In this document: piece after piece, positions 17,235-25,250 of the stretch | Position numbering within the stretch: position 1 is the stretch's first letter | How the letters are laid out: each line of letters opens with the position of its first letter | From: an uncultured Lachnospiraceae bacterium | GTDB lineage: Bacteria > Bacillota > Clostridia > Oscillospirales > CAG-272 | Assembly (NCBI GenBank): GCA_964534905.1 | Contig: CAZHPZ010000001.1 | Coordinates: forward strand, 21,719 to 85,718 | Direction: 5' to 3' | DNA length: 64,000 nucleotides | The notes under the pieces: generated by a model | Seen by the model: the letters and a program-made list of their open reading frames with translations, nothing else | Database searches by the model: none | What the model was told of the DNA's origin: nothing | Translations under genes and position numbers: made by a program

Positions 17235-17324
17235 CTTGTGTTGTATATTCGAACTTCAAATCCGTAGGATTTGCAGACCTGCGAGCAGTTATTATCAATA
17301 ACGAACAAACTCTCGCGCAGGTCG

Positions 17325-17388
17325 GGTTCTGAATCCATCTATCCCGGTCAAAGAATGCACAAGGGGAAATCCCCTTGTGCATTTTTTT
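17325..17388 (+). repeat. Degenerate duplicate of the tRNA-Gln 3' half plus its terminator (att-like remnant)
   Basis: GGTTCTGAATCCATCTATCCCGGTCA aligns with GGTTC-GAATCCATCTATCCCAGCCA at 17171-17195. The hairpin ATGCACAAGGGG/CCCCTTGTGCAT with a T-run mirrors 17198-17234. No matching 5' acceptor strand lies upstream. Confidence 0.75.
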
Positions 17389-17418
17389 AAAATATGATGA
17401 CTTTTTGGGCTAAAACTA

Positions 17419-17446
17419 TTGAATTTTTTAAAAAAAGTAGTATAAT
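17419..17446 (+). promoter_or_regulatory. Promoter of structured RNA copy A
   Basis: TTGAAT, a 16-nt spacer, then TATAAT. The -10 is followed by the conserved AAATTTGCCAAAC, as in copy B. Confidence 0.6.
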
Positions 17447-17657
17447 AAATTTGCCAAACTAACTTAATAATTGTGACTTGCGGTATTATTTTATCTTTAG
17501 GGATAGTTATACCTTTTTTTGCACACACTTATCTTATGAACTTGATAAAATGCAAATTCCATCTGGTAAGTGTGGTAATACCCATTTCACAAAGAGTTAG
17601 TTTGGCGACTATCGGGGTTTGCGTTTTGGTGCGGTTGCTTCGGTAGCCGCACTTTTT
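17447..17657 (+). ncRNA. Unclassified structured RNA or leader, copy A (long irregular hairpin, conserved tail and terminator)
   Basis: 12-bp closing helix 17453-17464/17595-17606. Nested helices close on the conserved loop TTGATAAAATGCAAATTC. A UUCG-capped 10-bp terminator occupies 17629-17652 and is followed by a T-run. The helix covaries with copy B. Confidence 0.6.
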
Positions 17658-17718
17658 ATTTGAAGAACTATTGTTTTGTCTTATATGAGTGCAATTTATT
17701 TTGGAGGTATAGGACAAG

Positions 17719-20013
17719 ATGATTAAAAAATTCAATGTAGAACTTGAAGGACAGATTGAGTTTTATGAGCAGTATTTGAAAGTTGTTGATCCTAATTTAA
17801 CTTATGAAGATATTTTTCGTAATAATACGGATGGTATATTAAACGGAAATTTGTTAGAATTTAAGTTAAATATAACAGATCTTAATGCATGCTTGCTTCA
17901 AACAATAAAGTACCTTTCCGCTATGCGAATAAAGGGGGAACCGATACCGGCAAATATTCTATTGGTTTCATTAAATACCGCAACAATTTATTTATATCGT
18001 TCGGTAGACTACCTGAACTATATTGAAACGGTTTATGTTGGCGGAGCATCAAAAGAAAACAAAGGGTTTGTTGCTCATAGCTTTGCTAAAAAACTCGAAT
18101 ATTGTGAAAATCAGGCAGATGAATTTACTTTGATTCAATTGCTCAAAGAAAAAAATTATACCAAAATTCATATTGACGAAAATTGTATTGTCGGTTGGGC
18201 AGAGAAATATTATAAAGAAAATCCGCAGGCGAGAAAAGCCGATTTTATCGGTGATACCACGGGAAAGGTCAAGATTATCGGGGAAATACGTGATCCAAAC
18301 AAATTTAATGATTATATTTATGCCTACGATGGAAAAGATAATGTTCGTTTTCAATATCTTATGGATAAACTCAACGATACCATACAAAAGAAAAATTTGG
18401 GGGCTTTTTATACTCCCGAGCCTTATGCTGATAAATCCATTGAGTTGGTTCGTGAAGCAATTACCAGAGTTCCGCAAGGTAATGATTATATAATTTTGGA
18501 TCGTTGTGCGGGAACCGGAAATCTTGAGAAAAGATTGACGGACGAGGAGTTATCTCATTGTATTGTTTCAACTATTGAATATTATGAATACAAGGTTTTA
18601 CTTGAAGTATTAGGTAGCAAAGTCAGATATATTATTCCGCCTACGGAAAAAGAAGATACTTTTAATATGGGACTTGTTCGTGGTGCTGATGCACTATCGG
18701 AAGAATACATAAATAACCCTGTGATAAAACAGTATATTGATAATCCAAAATGCACAGTTATTTTATTCGAAAATCCACCTTATGCCGAAACTACCTCGTT
18801 GGAACATCAACGGACAAAGCAATCGGCAAATTCGTCGGGTTGGAAAAACACTTTTGTTGTTAAGGAGATGAAAAAGGAAGTTAAGGGAGCTGTTTCCAAT
18901 GATTTGGGAAATGCTTTCATTTGGTCTGCGTTTAAATACTATTTAAGGCAACCTACCGATAGTTATATTGTTTATTCTCCCGTTAAATATTGGAAGTCAC
19001 AACATTTGATAAACAAAGAATTTATAAAAGGGTTTGCTTTTAATCGTAAACATTTTCATACCAATATCGAAGCCTGCATTATGTGTGCATTATGGTCAAA
19101 TGTCGATAAAAATATTTCCTCAATAAAAATTACCGGTTATGATATTTTAAGCAACAATCAATTGAGTGATCCTATTACTTTATATGTCGATAGAATTTAT
19201 AAATTGTTTAGCACAAGGTATTATAATAAAAACAGCCTCGACGATGTATCTTTTGATGGGATTTTAACAGGACTTAACGGTTTGGAGACGGAAAATGGCG
19301 TTAAATGCCGAATTAAGCCATTATATTCCAAAGATATGTTGGGCTATTTAGTTGCAGATAGCGTTGGCTTCGATAATCCGGATGCAAAATCAAGTTTATT
19401 AGTTGCGGGCAGATATAATGGAAATGGTTGCTATATAAGGAAAGATGATTATCTTGACAAACTACCAATGTTTTGTGCAAGTAGATACATTACTTACAAT
19501 AGAGAGTGGACGGAAAGAGCAAGAATTATGAAATCTGCAGACGGTGCCAATAGATTTTTTGATGATGTTCAAAACGGAACGTTAAATCAGTTTTTGCTCA
19601 AATGTCTTGTTTTTACTTGCTTTGAAATGCAGAATCATATGAGAACATTTATAGGTTCCGACGCTCGTTTTTACAGAAACGAACTATGTCTTGATACTAC
19701 TAACGGGGAAACGTTAGCAAGCACTGATTTAAAAAGATTACGTGCTAACAATAAAGAAAAAGAAATGTTTGAACTTTGGAATTTGATTTTATCAAAAGCC
19801 AAGAGAACAAAAAATTACAATCCCGACTTAACATACGGAATCTACCAAATATTTACCGAACTTAATATTTTCACGCGTGACGAAATAACCGGTGTAAATA
19901 TACCCGATTATCCTGAATTGAACGGACATTTGAAATCATTAAAGCAAAAAGTCAAAGAATATTACAATTCGGAAATTGTCCCTGTTTTATTTGAATATGA
20001 ATTTTTGAAATAA
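17719..20013 (+). CDS. Single-chain Type IIG-like restriction-modification enzyme (N-terminal putative D-X8-E-X-K nuclease, gamma-class N6-adenine methyltransferase, C-terminal specificity region)
   Basis: Motifs in order: TDGILNGNLLEFK, LGAFYTPEPY, ILDRCAGTGNL (SAM motif I-like), ILFENPPYAETT (motif IV). Strongly AT-rich codon usage. Confidence 0.7.
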   Translation: MIKKFNVELEGQIEFYEQYLKVVDPNLTYEDIFRNNTDGILNGNLLEFKLNITDLNACLLQTIKYLSAMRIKGEPIPANILLVSLNTATIYLYRSVDYLNYIETVYVGGASKENKGFVAHSFAKKLEYCENQADEFTLIQLLKEKNYTKIHIDENCIVGWAEKYYKENPQARKADFIGDTTGKVKIIGEIRDPNKFNDYIYAYDGKDNVRFQYLMDKLNDTIQKKNLGAFYTPEPYADKSIELVREAITRVPQGNDYIILDRCAGTGNLEKRLTDEELSHCIVSTIEYYEYKVLLEVLGSKVRYIIPPTEKEDTFNMGLVRGADALSEEYINNPVIKQYIDNPKCTVILFENPPYAETTSLEHQRTKQSANSSGWKNTFVVKEMKKEVKGAVSNDLGNAFIWSAFKYYLRQPTDSYIVYSPVKYWKSQHLINKEFIKGFAFNRKHFHTNIEACIMCALWSNVDKNISSIKITGYDILSNNQLSDPITLYVDRIYKLFSTRYYNKNSLDDVSFDGILTGLNGLETENGVKCRIKPLYSKDMLGYLVADSVGFDNPDAKSSLLVAGRYNGNGCYIRKDDYLDKLPMFCASRYITYNREWTERARIMKSADGANRFFDDVQNGTLNQFLLKCLVFTCFEMQNHMRTFIGSDARFYRNELCLDTTNGETLASTDLKRLRANNKEKEMFELWNLILSKAKRTKNYNPDLTYGIYQIFTELNIFTRDEITGVNIPDYPELNGHLKSLKQKVKEYYNSEIVPVLFEYEFLK

Positions 20014-20081
20014 AAGTATAGATGGGTATCATAGATCAATTTCTAAATTCGTGGTATGCAAGACTGTATCATTGTTCAAAA

Positions 20082-20116
20082 GATGCACGATCGGCTTCGC
20101 CTCTCGTGCATCTTTT
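20082..20116. terminator. Terminator hairpin closing the AT-rich islet
   Basis: GATGCACGA / TCGTGCATC stem followed by TTTT. The stem base is related to the two hairpins at 17198 and 17355. Confidence 0.65.
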
Positions 20117-20151
20117 GATATTTAACTGTATATTCGTTTTTATTTAAGTGC

Positions 20152-21033
20152 CTATTCGGTACTTTTTATTACATTGGAAATTGCCTCGATAATATCATGT
20201 GCCATCACAGAGTATTCGGAGAGAGTGACGGATGCGTACTCTCCGGCAAGACCGTGTATGTATGCCGCAAGACAGGCGGATTCAAACGGAGATTTTCCCT
20301 GTGCGGCAAGTCCTGCGATAATTCCGTCAAGAACGTCACCGGAGCCTCCCGTGCTCAATCCGCTGTTCCCGCTTTGATTGACGTAAATTTTGTCACTTGC
20401 GGGTGAGAAAACCGCCGTTCTGTGATCCTTGAGCAGGCAGACGGCTCCGACAAGGTCGGAGATTTTCTTTGATGAGCTTGGAATATCCGAAACGATATCC
20501 TTGACCGAAATCCCGGAAAGTCTTGAGGCTTCAAGCGGATGAGGAGTGATTATCGCATCATCTCCTATCAGAGGCAAAAGCTCTTTTTTCGTCGCAAGCA
20601 GATTTATGCCGTCTGCATCTATTATTATAGGGCAGGAACGGTTTTCTAAGGTGAATTTCAGTATCTGTGCGGCTTCATTGCTTTGTGAGAGTCCCATTCC
20701 GATGGCAATGACATCGGCTTTTCTTATCGACTGCAGCAGAGCTTCAAGATCGTCGGGTAAGCTTTCCCATACGGAAAGAACCGCCTCGGGTACAAGGGCT
20801 TGCGCGATGACTCTGTTCTTTTCGTGGGTGAATATTTCAACAAGACCGGCGCCGATTCTGTACGCCGATTTTGCGGAAAAGCAGGGGGCGCCTGCCATAC
20901 AGGGAGCACCTCCGATTATAAGAACACGTCCGAATGTCCCCTTGTGCGATATCTCGCTTCGCTTTGGAAGAAGATTTTTGATATCTTCTTTTCTGTATGA
21001 AAAAGTATCCGTTTTAATCATCTCCGTTTTCAT
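20152..21033 (-). CDS. nnrD: ADP-dependent NAD(P)H-hydrate dehydratase (YjeF C-terminal type)
   Basis: GTFGRVLIIGGAPCMAGAP and GGSGDVLDGIIAGL motifs. The start is uncertain (ATG at 21033 or 21021). Confidence 0.8.
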   Translation of the reverse strand: MKTEMIKTDTFSYRKEDIKNLLPKRSEISHKGTFGRVLIIGGAPCMAGAPCFSAKSAYRIGAGLVEIFTHEKNRVIAQALVPEAVLSVWESLPDDLEALLQSIRKADVIAIGMGLSQSNEAAQILKFTLENRSCPIIIDADGINLLATKKELLPLIGDDAIITPHPLEASRLSGISVKDIVSDIPSSSKKISDLVGAVCLLKDHRTAVFSPASDKIYVNQSGNSGLSTGGSGDVLDGIIAGLAAQGKSPFESACLAAYIHGLAGEYASVTLSEYSVMAHDIIEAISNVIKSTE

Positions 21034-21778
21034 AGTCCTTGATTCCGTCCATGTTTCCAACGGGCTTGAATCCGTCTATTTCTCCTCTTTGCATCGCTCC
21101 GAAAATGCGGTAACGAAGTCCCTTGTGCTTTATATCAAGCTCTCGAAGCAATGACTTCATTTCTTCACGCTCCGTGTTTCCGTCTGCGGGGCATTTCGAT
21201 TTTACAACGGGAAGCTCTGCGGCGTCGGCAAGCTGTCTAACGCTTTTTTCGCTTGCATAGAGCAAGGGGCGTATCATTGTGATATCTATTCGGGAAAGGT
21301 AGGTGACCGGAGAAAAGCAACCGATTCTGCCCTCGAAAAAGAGATTCAGCATAAACGTTTCTATAGCATCGTCGAAGTGATGTCCGAGAGCGACCTTGTT
21401 GCATCCGAGCTCCTTTGCTGTGTTGTAGAGAACGCCTCTTCTCATTTTGGCACAAAGAGAGCAGGGGCTTTTTTCTTTTCTTTCTTCGAAAATGATTTGA
21501 TAAATTTGAGTTTTTGCAATGTGAAATTCAACGTTTATCCTTTCGCAAAATTCTTTTACCGGCGTAAGATCCATACCCGGAAATCCCATATCCACGGTTA
21601 TGGCTATCAGCTCGAATTTTTTTGGATAAAACCGTCTCATCTCGGCGAGCGCATAGAGCAGTGCAAGGGAATCCTTACCCGCGGAAACTCCAACGGCGAT
21701 TTTGTCACCGTCCTCTATCATAGAATAGTCGTCAACGGCACGTCTTGTATAGCTTAAAATTCTTTTTAATTCTTTCAT
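21014..21778 (-). CDS. ttcA: PP-loop ATPase, tRNA 2-thiocytidine synthetase TtcA family
   Basis: PP-loop VSAGKDS and CSLCAKMRRG. The start shares an ATGA overlap with the upstream gene stop. Confidence 0.8.
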   Translation of the reverse strand: MKELKRILSYTRRAVDDYSMIEDGDKIAVGVSAGKDSLALLYALAEMRRFYPKKFELIAITVDMGFPGMDLTPVKEFCERINVEFHIAKTQIYQIIFEERKEKSPCSLCAKMRRGVLYNTAKELGCNKVALGHHFDDAIETFMLNLFFEGRIGCFSPVTYLSRIDITMIRPLLYASEKSVRQLADAAELPVVKSKCPADGNTEREEMKSLLRELDIKHKGLRYRIFGAMQRGEIDGFKPVGNMDGIKDYENGDD

Positions 21779-22527
21779 TGAAAATTGCATTCCTCGTATA
21801 TTTTTTTTGCTCTTTCTGTGAGCACTTTGGCGTCCTCGTCGGAATTCAAAAACAGCGGAGGTATGAGCGTCAGCGATGGTGACGCACCCTTCTTCGCTTT
21901 TACGAGCACCATTGACGGTGCGCTTTTTGAATTGGCGTGTACAAAGCACATTTCCTTTGGTTCAAGAGAGTGCTTTCGCATAGCGCATATAAGATCCGTG
22001 AGTCTGTCGGGACGCCATACACAGTAAAAATATCCGCCGAATTTCAGAATTCTTGCGGCACATTCGCAAAAATCGTATATTCCGCCGCATACCTCGTGTC
22101 TGGCAAGATATTTTTCGTCGTGGATATTGCGTTTTCCACAGTCTGTTTTCATATAGGGCGGATTTGAAAATACCGTATCTGCCTCACCGCCGATATCCGT
22201 GCTCTTGAGGTCTCTTATGTCTGCACATACGGAGTCGATGACGGCGGTAAGCCCGTTGAGCTCCGCGTTCCTTGCGATTACATCGGCAAAGTCGTTCTGT
22301 ACCTCGACGCAATGTATTCGGGAGAATTTCTTTCTTGCGGCGCAGAGCAGGGAAATGATTCCCGTTCCGCCTCCGAACTCTACCGCTACTCCGCTTTTCT
22401 GTGCCTTTATGAATGAGGCAAGCAAAAATGCGTCCGTGCCGAAGGTCAATCCGTTTTTTCTTTGTATAAGCCTTATGCTTTCATTAACGTCTGTCAGTGT
22501 TTCAATATCTTTATCTATAATACACAT
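21775..22527 (-). CDS. SAM-dependent N6-adenine methyltransferase, tRNA (adenine37-N6) TrmN6/YfiC-like
   Basis: EFGGGTGIISL (motif I) and FSNPPYM (motif IV), in about 250 aa. Confidence 0.7.
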   Translation of the reverse strand: MCIIDKDIETLTDVNESIRLIQRKNGLTFGTDAFLLASFIKAQKSGVAVEFGGGTGIISLLCAARKKFSRIHCVEVQNDFADVIARNAELNGLTAVIDSVCADIRDLKSTDIGGEADTVFSNPPYMKTDCGKRNIHDEKYLARHEVCGGIYDFCECAARILKFGGYFYCVWRPDRLTDLICAMRKHSLEPKEMCFVHANSKSAPSMVLVKAKKGASPSLTLIPPLFLNSDEDAKVLTERAKKIYEECNFQ

Positions 22528-22588
22528 AAATATCCTCTAAAGTAAAAAATACGGGGCGAGCTGCTCCGTATCTTTTAATGTGATTTAA

Positions 22589-22759
22589 TTATTCCTGAAC
22601 GGGAGCACCTACGGGGCAAACGTCAGCGCAAGCACCGCACTCTGCACATTCATCAGGATTAATTACATACATACCGTCACCCTCTGTGATAGCGCCGCAG
22701 GGGCAAGCATCAGCGCAAGCACCGCAAGCGATGCAAGCATCGGTAATCTTGTAAGCCAT
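22589..22759 (-). CDS. Clostridial-type 2[4Fe-4S] ferredoxin (56 aa)
   Basis: Two CxxCxxCxxxCP clusters (CIACGACADACP, CAECGACADVCP). GGAGG RBS. The longer ORF in the track is an upstream extension. Confidence 0.9.
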   Translation of the reverse strand: MAYKITDACIACGACADACPCGAITEGDGMYVINPDECAECGACADVCPVGAPVQE

Positions 22760-22847
22760 AATAAATACCTCCAAATAGTATTGCAAAGACATTATAACAC
22801 AACCCCCTGCAACTTTGCAAGGGGTTATTGAAAAATAATTAAATTTT

Positions 22848-23924
22848 TTATTCCTCGTCATCGACCTTTTTGCTGTGTATGAGCTTTACGTCGTCTCTGT
22901 GGTATATTTTAGGCGCTTCATCCTTGCCGTTAAGCTTGACCTTTATGTTTCCGGTGAGAGGACGGCTTTCTATTACCGTTCCTATTCCGTCCGCGGTCTT
23001 TACGGTGGAATCGACGGTAGGAGTTCTTGCTATTTCGTATTCGTACGTGTCGTGCTCATAACGCAGACAGCACATAAGTCTTCCGCAGGTTCCCGAAATT
23101 TTCGAGGAATTTAAGAAGAGTCCTTGCTCCTTTGCCATTTTGATGGATACCTGCACGAAGTCGGAGAGAAATGTCGCGCAGCAGAGAGGTCTGCCGCATG
23201 CACCGAGACCGCCGAGAATCTTTGCCTCGTCGCGTATTCCTATCTGACGAAGCTCTATTCTTGTTCTGAACACGGATGCGAGATCCTTAACAAGCTCACG
23301 GAAATCCACTCTGCCGGCGGATGTAAAGTAAAACAGGAGCTTACTGTTGTCAAAGGTGTACTGAGCATCTACAAGCTTCATATCAAGCTCGTGAGCCGCA
23401 ATCTGCTTTAAGCAGACTGAGTACGCTTCCTTTTCCTTTTCAGTGTTGTCCTTGTTATGAATGATATCCTCTGGCGTCGCTATGCGTATGACGGGGCGCA
23501 GAGGAGGTACTATTTCGGAGGCGCTCACAAGCTTGTTTGCTATAAATACCTCTCCGAATTCAAGTCCTCTTGCGGTGTCTACTATGGCATATTCACCCTT
23601 TTCGGCTTGTATTCCCTCGGGGGAAAAATAGTATACCTTTCCGACCTTTTTGAATCTTACGCCTATTACCTCAACCTTTTCTTCGCTATCCTCGCTGTTT
23701 TCCGCCTGCGACTCTTCGACCGAGAGCTCCGGGAGCATATCGTTTATGATATCGGCTATTTCCTCCTCGGTACCGAATACAGCTTCATCAAGCTCCTCGC
23801 CAAGTTCTGCGGCTTCCGTTACCGCAGGCTCTTTTTTTGCATTGGGCTTGCCGTATCTGCGATGATGCTTTTTGTTAAATTTTCTTTTTCCCTGATTATT
23901 ATCCTTGTTTTGATTGTTTTCCAT
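22848..23924 (-). CDS. ricT: PSP1-domain protein RicT/YaaT with an acidic N-terminal extension
   Basis: PSP1 core with CGRPLCC and CGRLMCCLRYE cysteine motifs. Conserved holB-yaaT gene order. Confidence 0.8.
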   Translation of the reverse strand: MENNQNKDNNQGKRKFNKKHHRRYGKPNAKKEPAVTEAAELGEELDEAVFGTEEEIADIINDMLPELSVEESQAENSEDSEEKVEVIGVRFKKVGKVYYFSPEGIQAEKGEYAIVDTARGLEFGEVFIANKLVSASEIVPPLRPVIRIATPEDIIHNKDNTEKEKEAYSVCLKQIAAHELDMKLVDAQYTFDNSKLLFYFTSAGRVDFRELVKDLASVFRTRIELRQIGIRDEAKILGGLGACGRPLCCATFLSDFVQVSIKMAKEQGLFLNSSKISGTCGRLMCCLRYEHDTYEYEIARTPTVDSTVKTADGIGTVIESRPLTGNIKVKLNGKDEAPKIYHRDDVKLIHSKKVDDEE

Positions 23925-23942
23925 ATTTACTCCATAAATTAT

Positions 23943-24980
23943 CTATATCAACTCGCTTAAAAAGCTTGTAACGGTCAACTTTACGTTTGCATTTCGCCGC
24001 AGAGCACTCTTAGCCTTTTCCGCACTTTCGATTATATCCGAGAGCCTTTTTGTCGAAAAGCTGTATGAAAGCTCTTCAACGTATTCTCTGTCTGCGAAGA
24101 ACAAAAGCGGCGCATTGTCGGATTTCTTCAGTGCCATAATATCGCGCAGAGCAATCTGCATCTGCGTCAGCTGCTCTATAACTCTCTCTCTTTCATCACG
24201 CTTTTGAGAAAATTGCGATAAAATTCGGGAGAAGCTTGCTGCGAGCGTTTTTGAGGCTATGGCTTCTATTATATCCTTTGTTTTTTGCCTTTCCTGCAAT
24301 ACATTCTTTCCATCACTTGAATTTATAAGCGAAAGAAGCTTGCCGATGCTACCCTCCGATGCCGCATAAAGCTCGTTGAATTCGTCCGGGGAACGGTTTA
24401 TCAACGCATTTCCCGATGGCGAGCTGCTTGCAATGTAGCGCATAGCTTCGCTTTTTGTCGGTACCTTCATTCTGAGAATGGGAGCGCGGCTCTTTATAGT
24501 TTCGAGAATGTTTTCCGCTACCTCGCACAGAAGTATGAATACGACATATGGCGGAGGCTCCTCAAGTGTAAGCAGAAGCGCATTTTGCGCTTGCGGAGTC
24601 ATAGTGTGCGCGTCCTCGATTATATATATTTTATAGTCCTTGTCGTTTGGATATACCGATACGTCGTTCTTTATAAATCTTACCGATTCCACGCCGAGCG
24701 TGGCACGGTCCTTTTCTCTTGATATAAAGGTTACGTCTGCGGAATCACGGCTCAGTATTTTTCTGCAGGACGGGCATTTGCCGCAGGGGATACCCGTATG
24801 CTTATCCTCTTTTGCGTCACAGTTGAGCGCCGCGGCTATTTCAAGGGCGAGAGTATGCTTTCCTGTGCCCTTGTCCCCGAGCAAAATATATGCATGGGAG
24901 AGGGAAGAGCTCCTTATAGCGTCGGAGAAATAATTGCAAAGAGCGTCGTTTGCTATTATAGCCGAAAAATCCGTGTTCAT
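23943..24980 (-). CDS. holB: DNA polymerase III delta' subunit
   Basis: GDKGTGKHTLA P-loop-like segment, zinc module CGKCPSC, ALLLTLEEPP. GGAGG RBS precedes the ATG at 24980. Confidence 0.85.
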   Translation of the reverse strand: MNTDFSAIIANDALCNYFSDAIRSSSLSHAYILLGDKGTGKHTLALEIAAALNCDAKEDKHTGIPCGKCPSCRKILSRDSADVTFISREKDRATLGVESVRFIKNDVSVYPNDKDYKIYIIEDAHTMTPQAQNALLLTLEEPPPYVVFILLCEVAENILETIKSRAPILRMKVPTKSEAMRYIASSSPSGNALINRSPDEFNELYAASEGSIGKLLSLINSSDGKNVLQERQKTKDIIEAIASKTLAASFSRILSQFSQKRDERERVIEQLTQMQIALRDIMALKKSDNAPLLFFADREYVEELSYSFSTKRLSDIIESAEKAKSALRRNANVKLTVTSFLSELI

Positions 24981-25250
24981 CTGCAATACCTCCGCAATGA
25001 TATATACAATTATTATAACAAATAAAGCCGACAATGTCAATAGCGCAATAAAGCGGAAAATCGCGCAGACGCCGATTTTTTCGGATTGTGTAGTGAGCTT
25101 CGCCACCATATTTTGTGAAAAATAGCCAAAAAGGAAAAAATATTAAAAAAAGACTTGAAAAAAGAGTGCATTCATACTATAATGATAATGCAGTATTATG
25201 TCTGCTACAATATTATAATAAAATAAATGGTTATCAGGGAGGTTCTTGAT

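Noticed and set aside
17236-17350. I considered a possible second, unusual tRNA (long variable arm) between the two tRNA-like 3' ends. The region contains hairpins CAAATCC-GTA-GGATTTG and GACCTGCGAG...CTCGCGCAGGTC and ends in GGTTCTGAATCCATCTATCCCGG.
   Set aside because: No 5' acceptor strand complementary to TATCCCGG exists upstream. The T-stem 5' strand (TCGGG) does not pair with CCATC. The T-loop has an extra base. It is best read as a remnant or att-like duplicate, not a functional tRNA.
17453-17606. I considered that the 12-bp inverted repeats of RNA copies A and B could be DNA inversion sites (a cwpV-like switch) or MITE ends.
   Set aside because: The interior is self-complementary all the way to an apical loop, and the repeat arms covary between copies while the interior has diverged. 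That fits selection on an RNA hairpin better than recombinase sites or recent transposition. It remains worth checking with read-orientation analysis.
17537-17647. A 36-codon ORF (MNLIKCKFHLVSVV...) lies inside RNA copy A, and a short ORF lies at the equivalent place in copy B. Either could be a leader peptide.
   Set aside because: The copies differ by indels that are not multiples of three (for example ATCGGGGTTTGCG vs ATGGAG-TTTGCG). The reading frame, start codon and length are not conserved, and copy B hits a stop after 14 codons. The conservation pattern fits RNA pairing instead.
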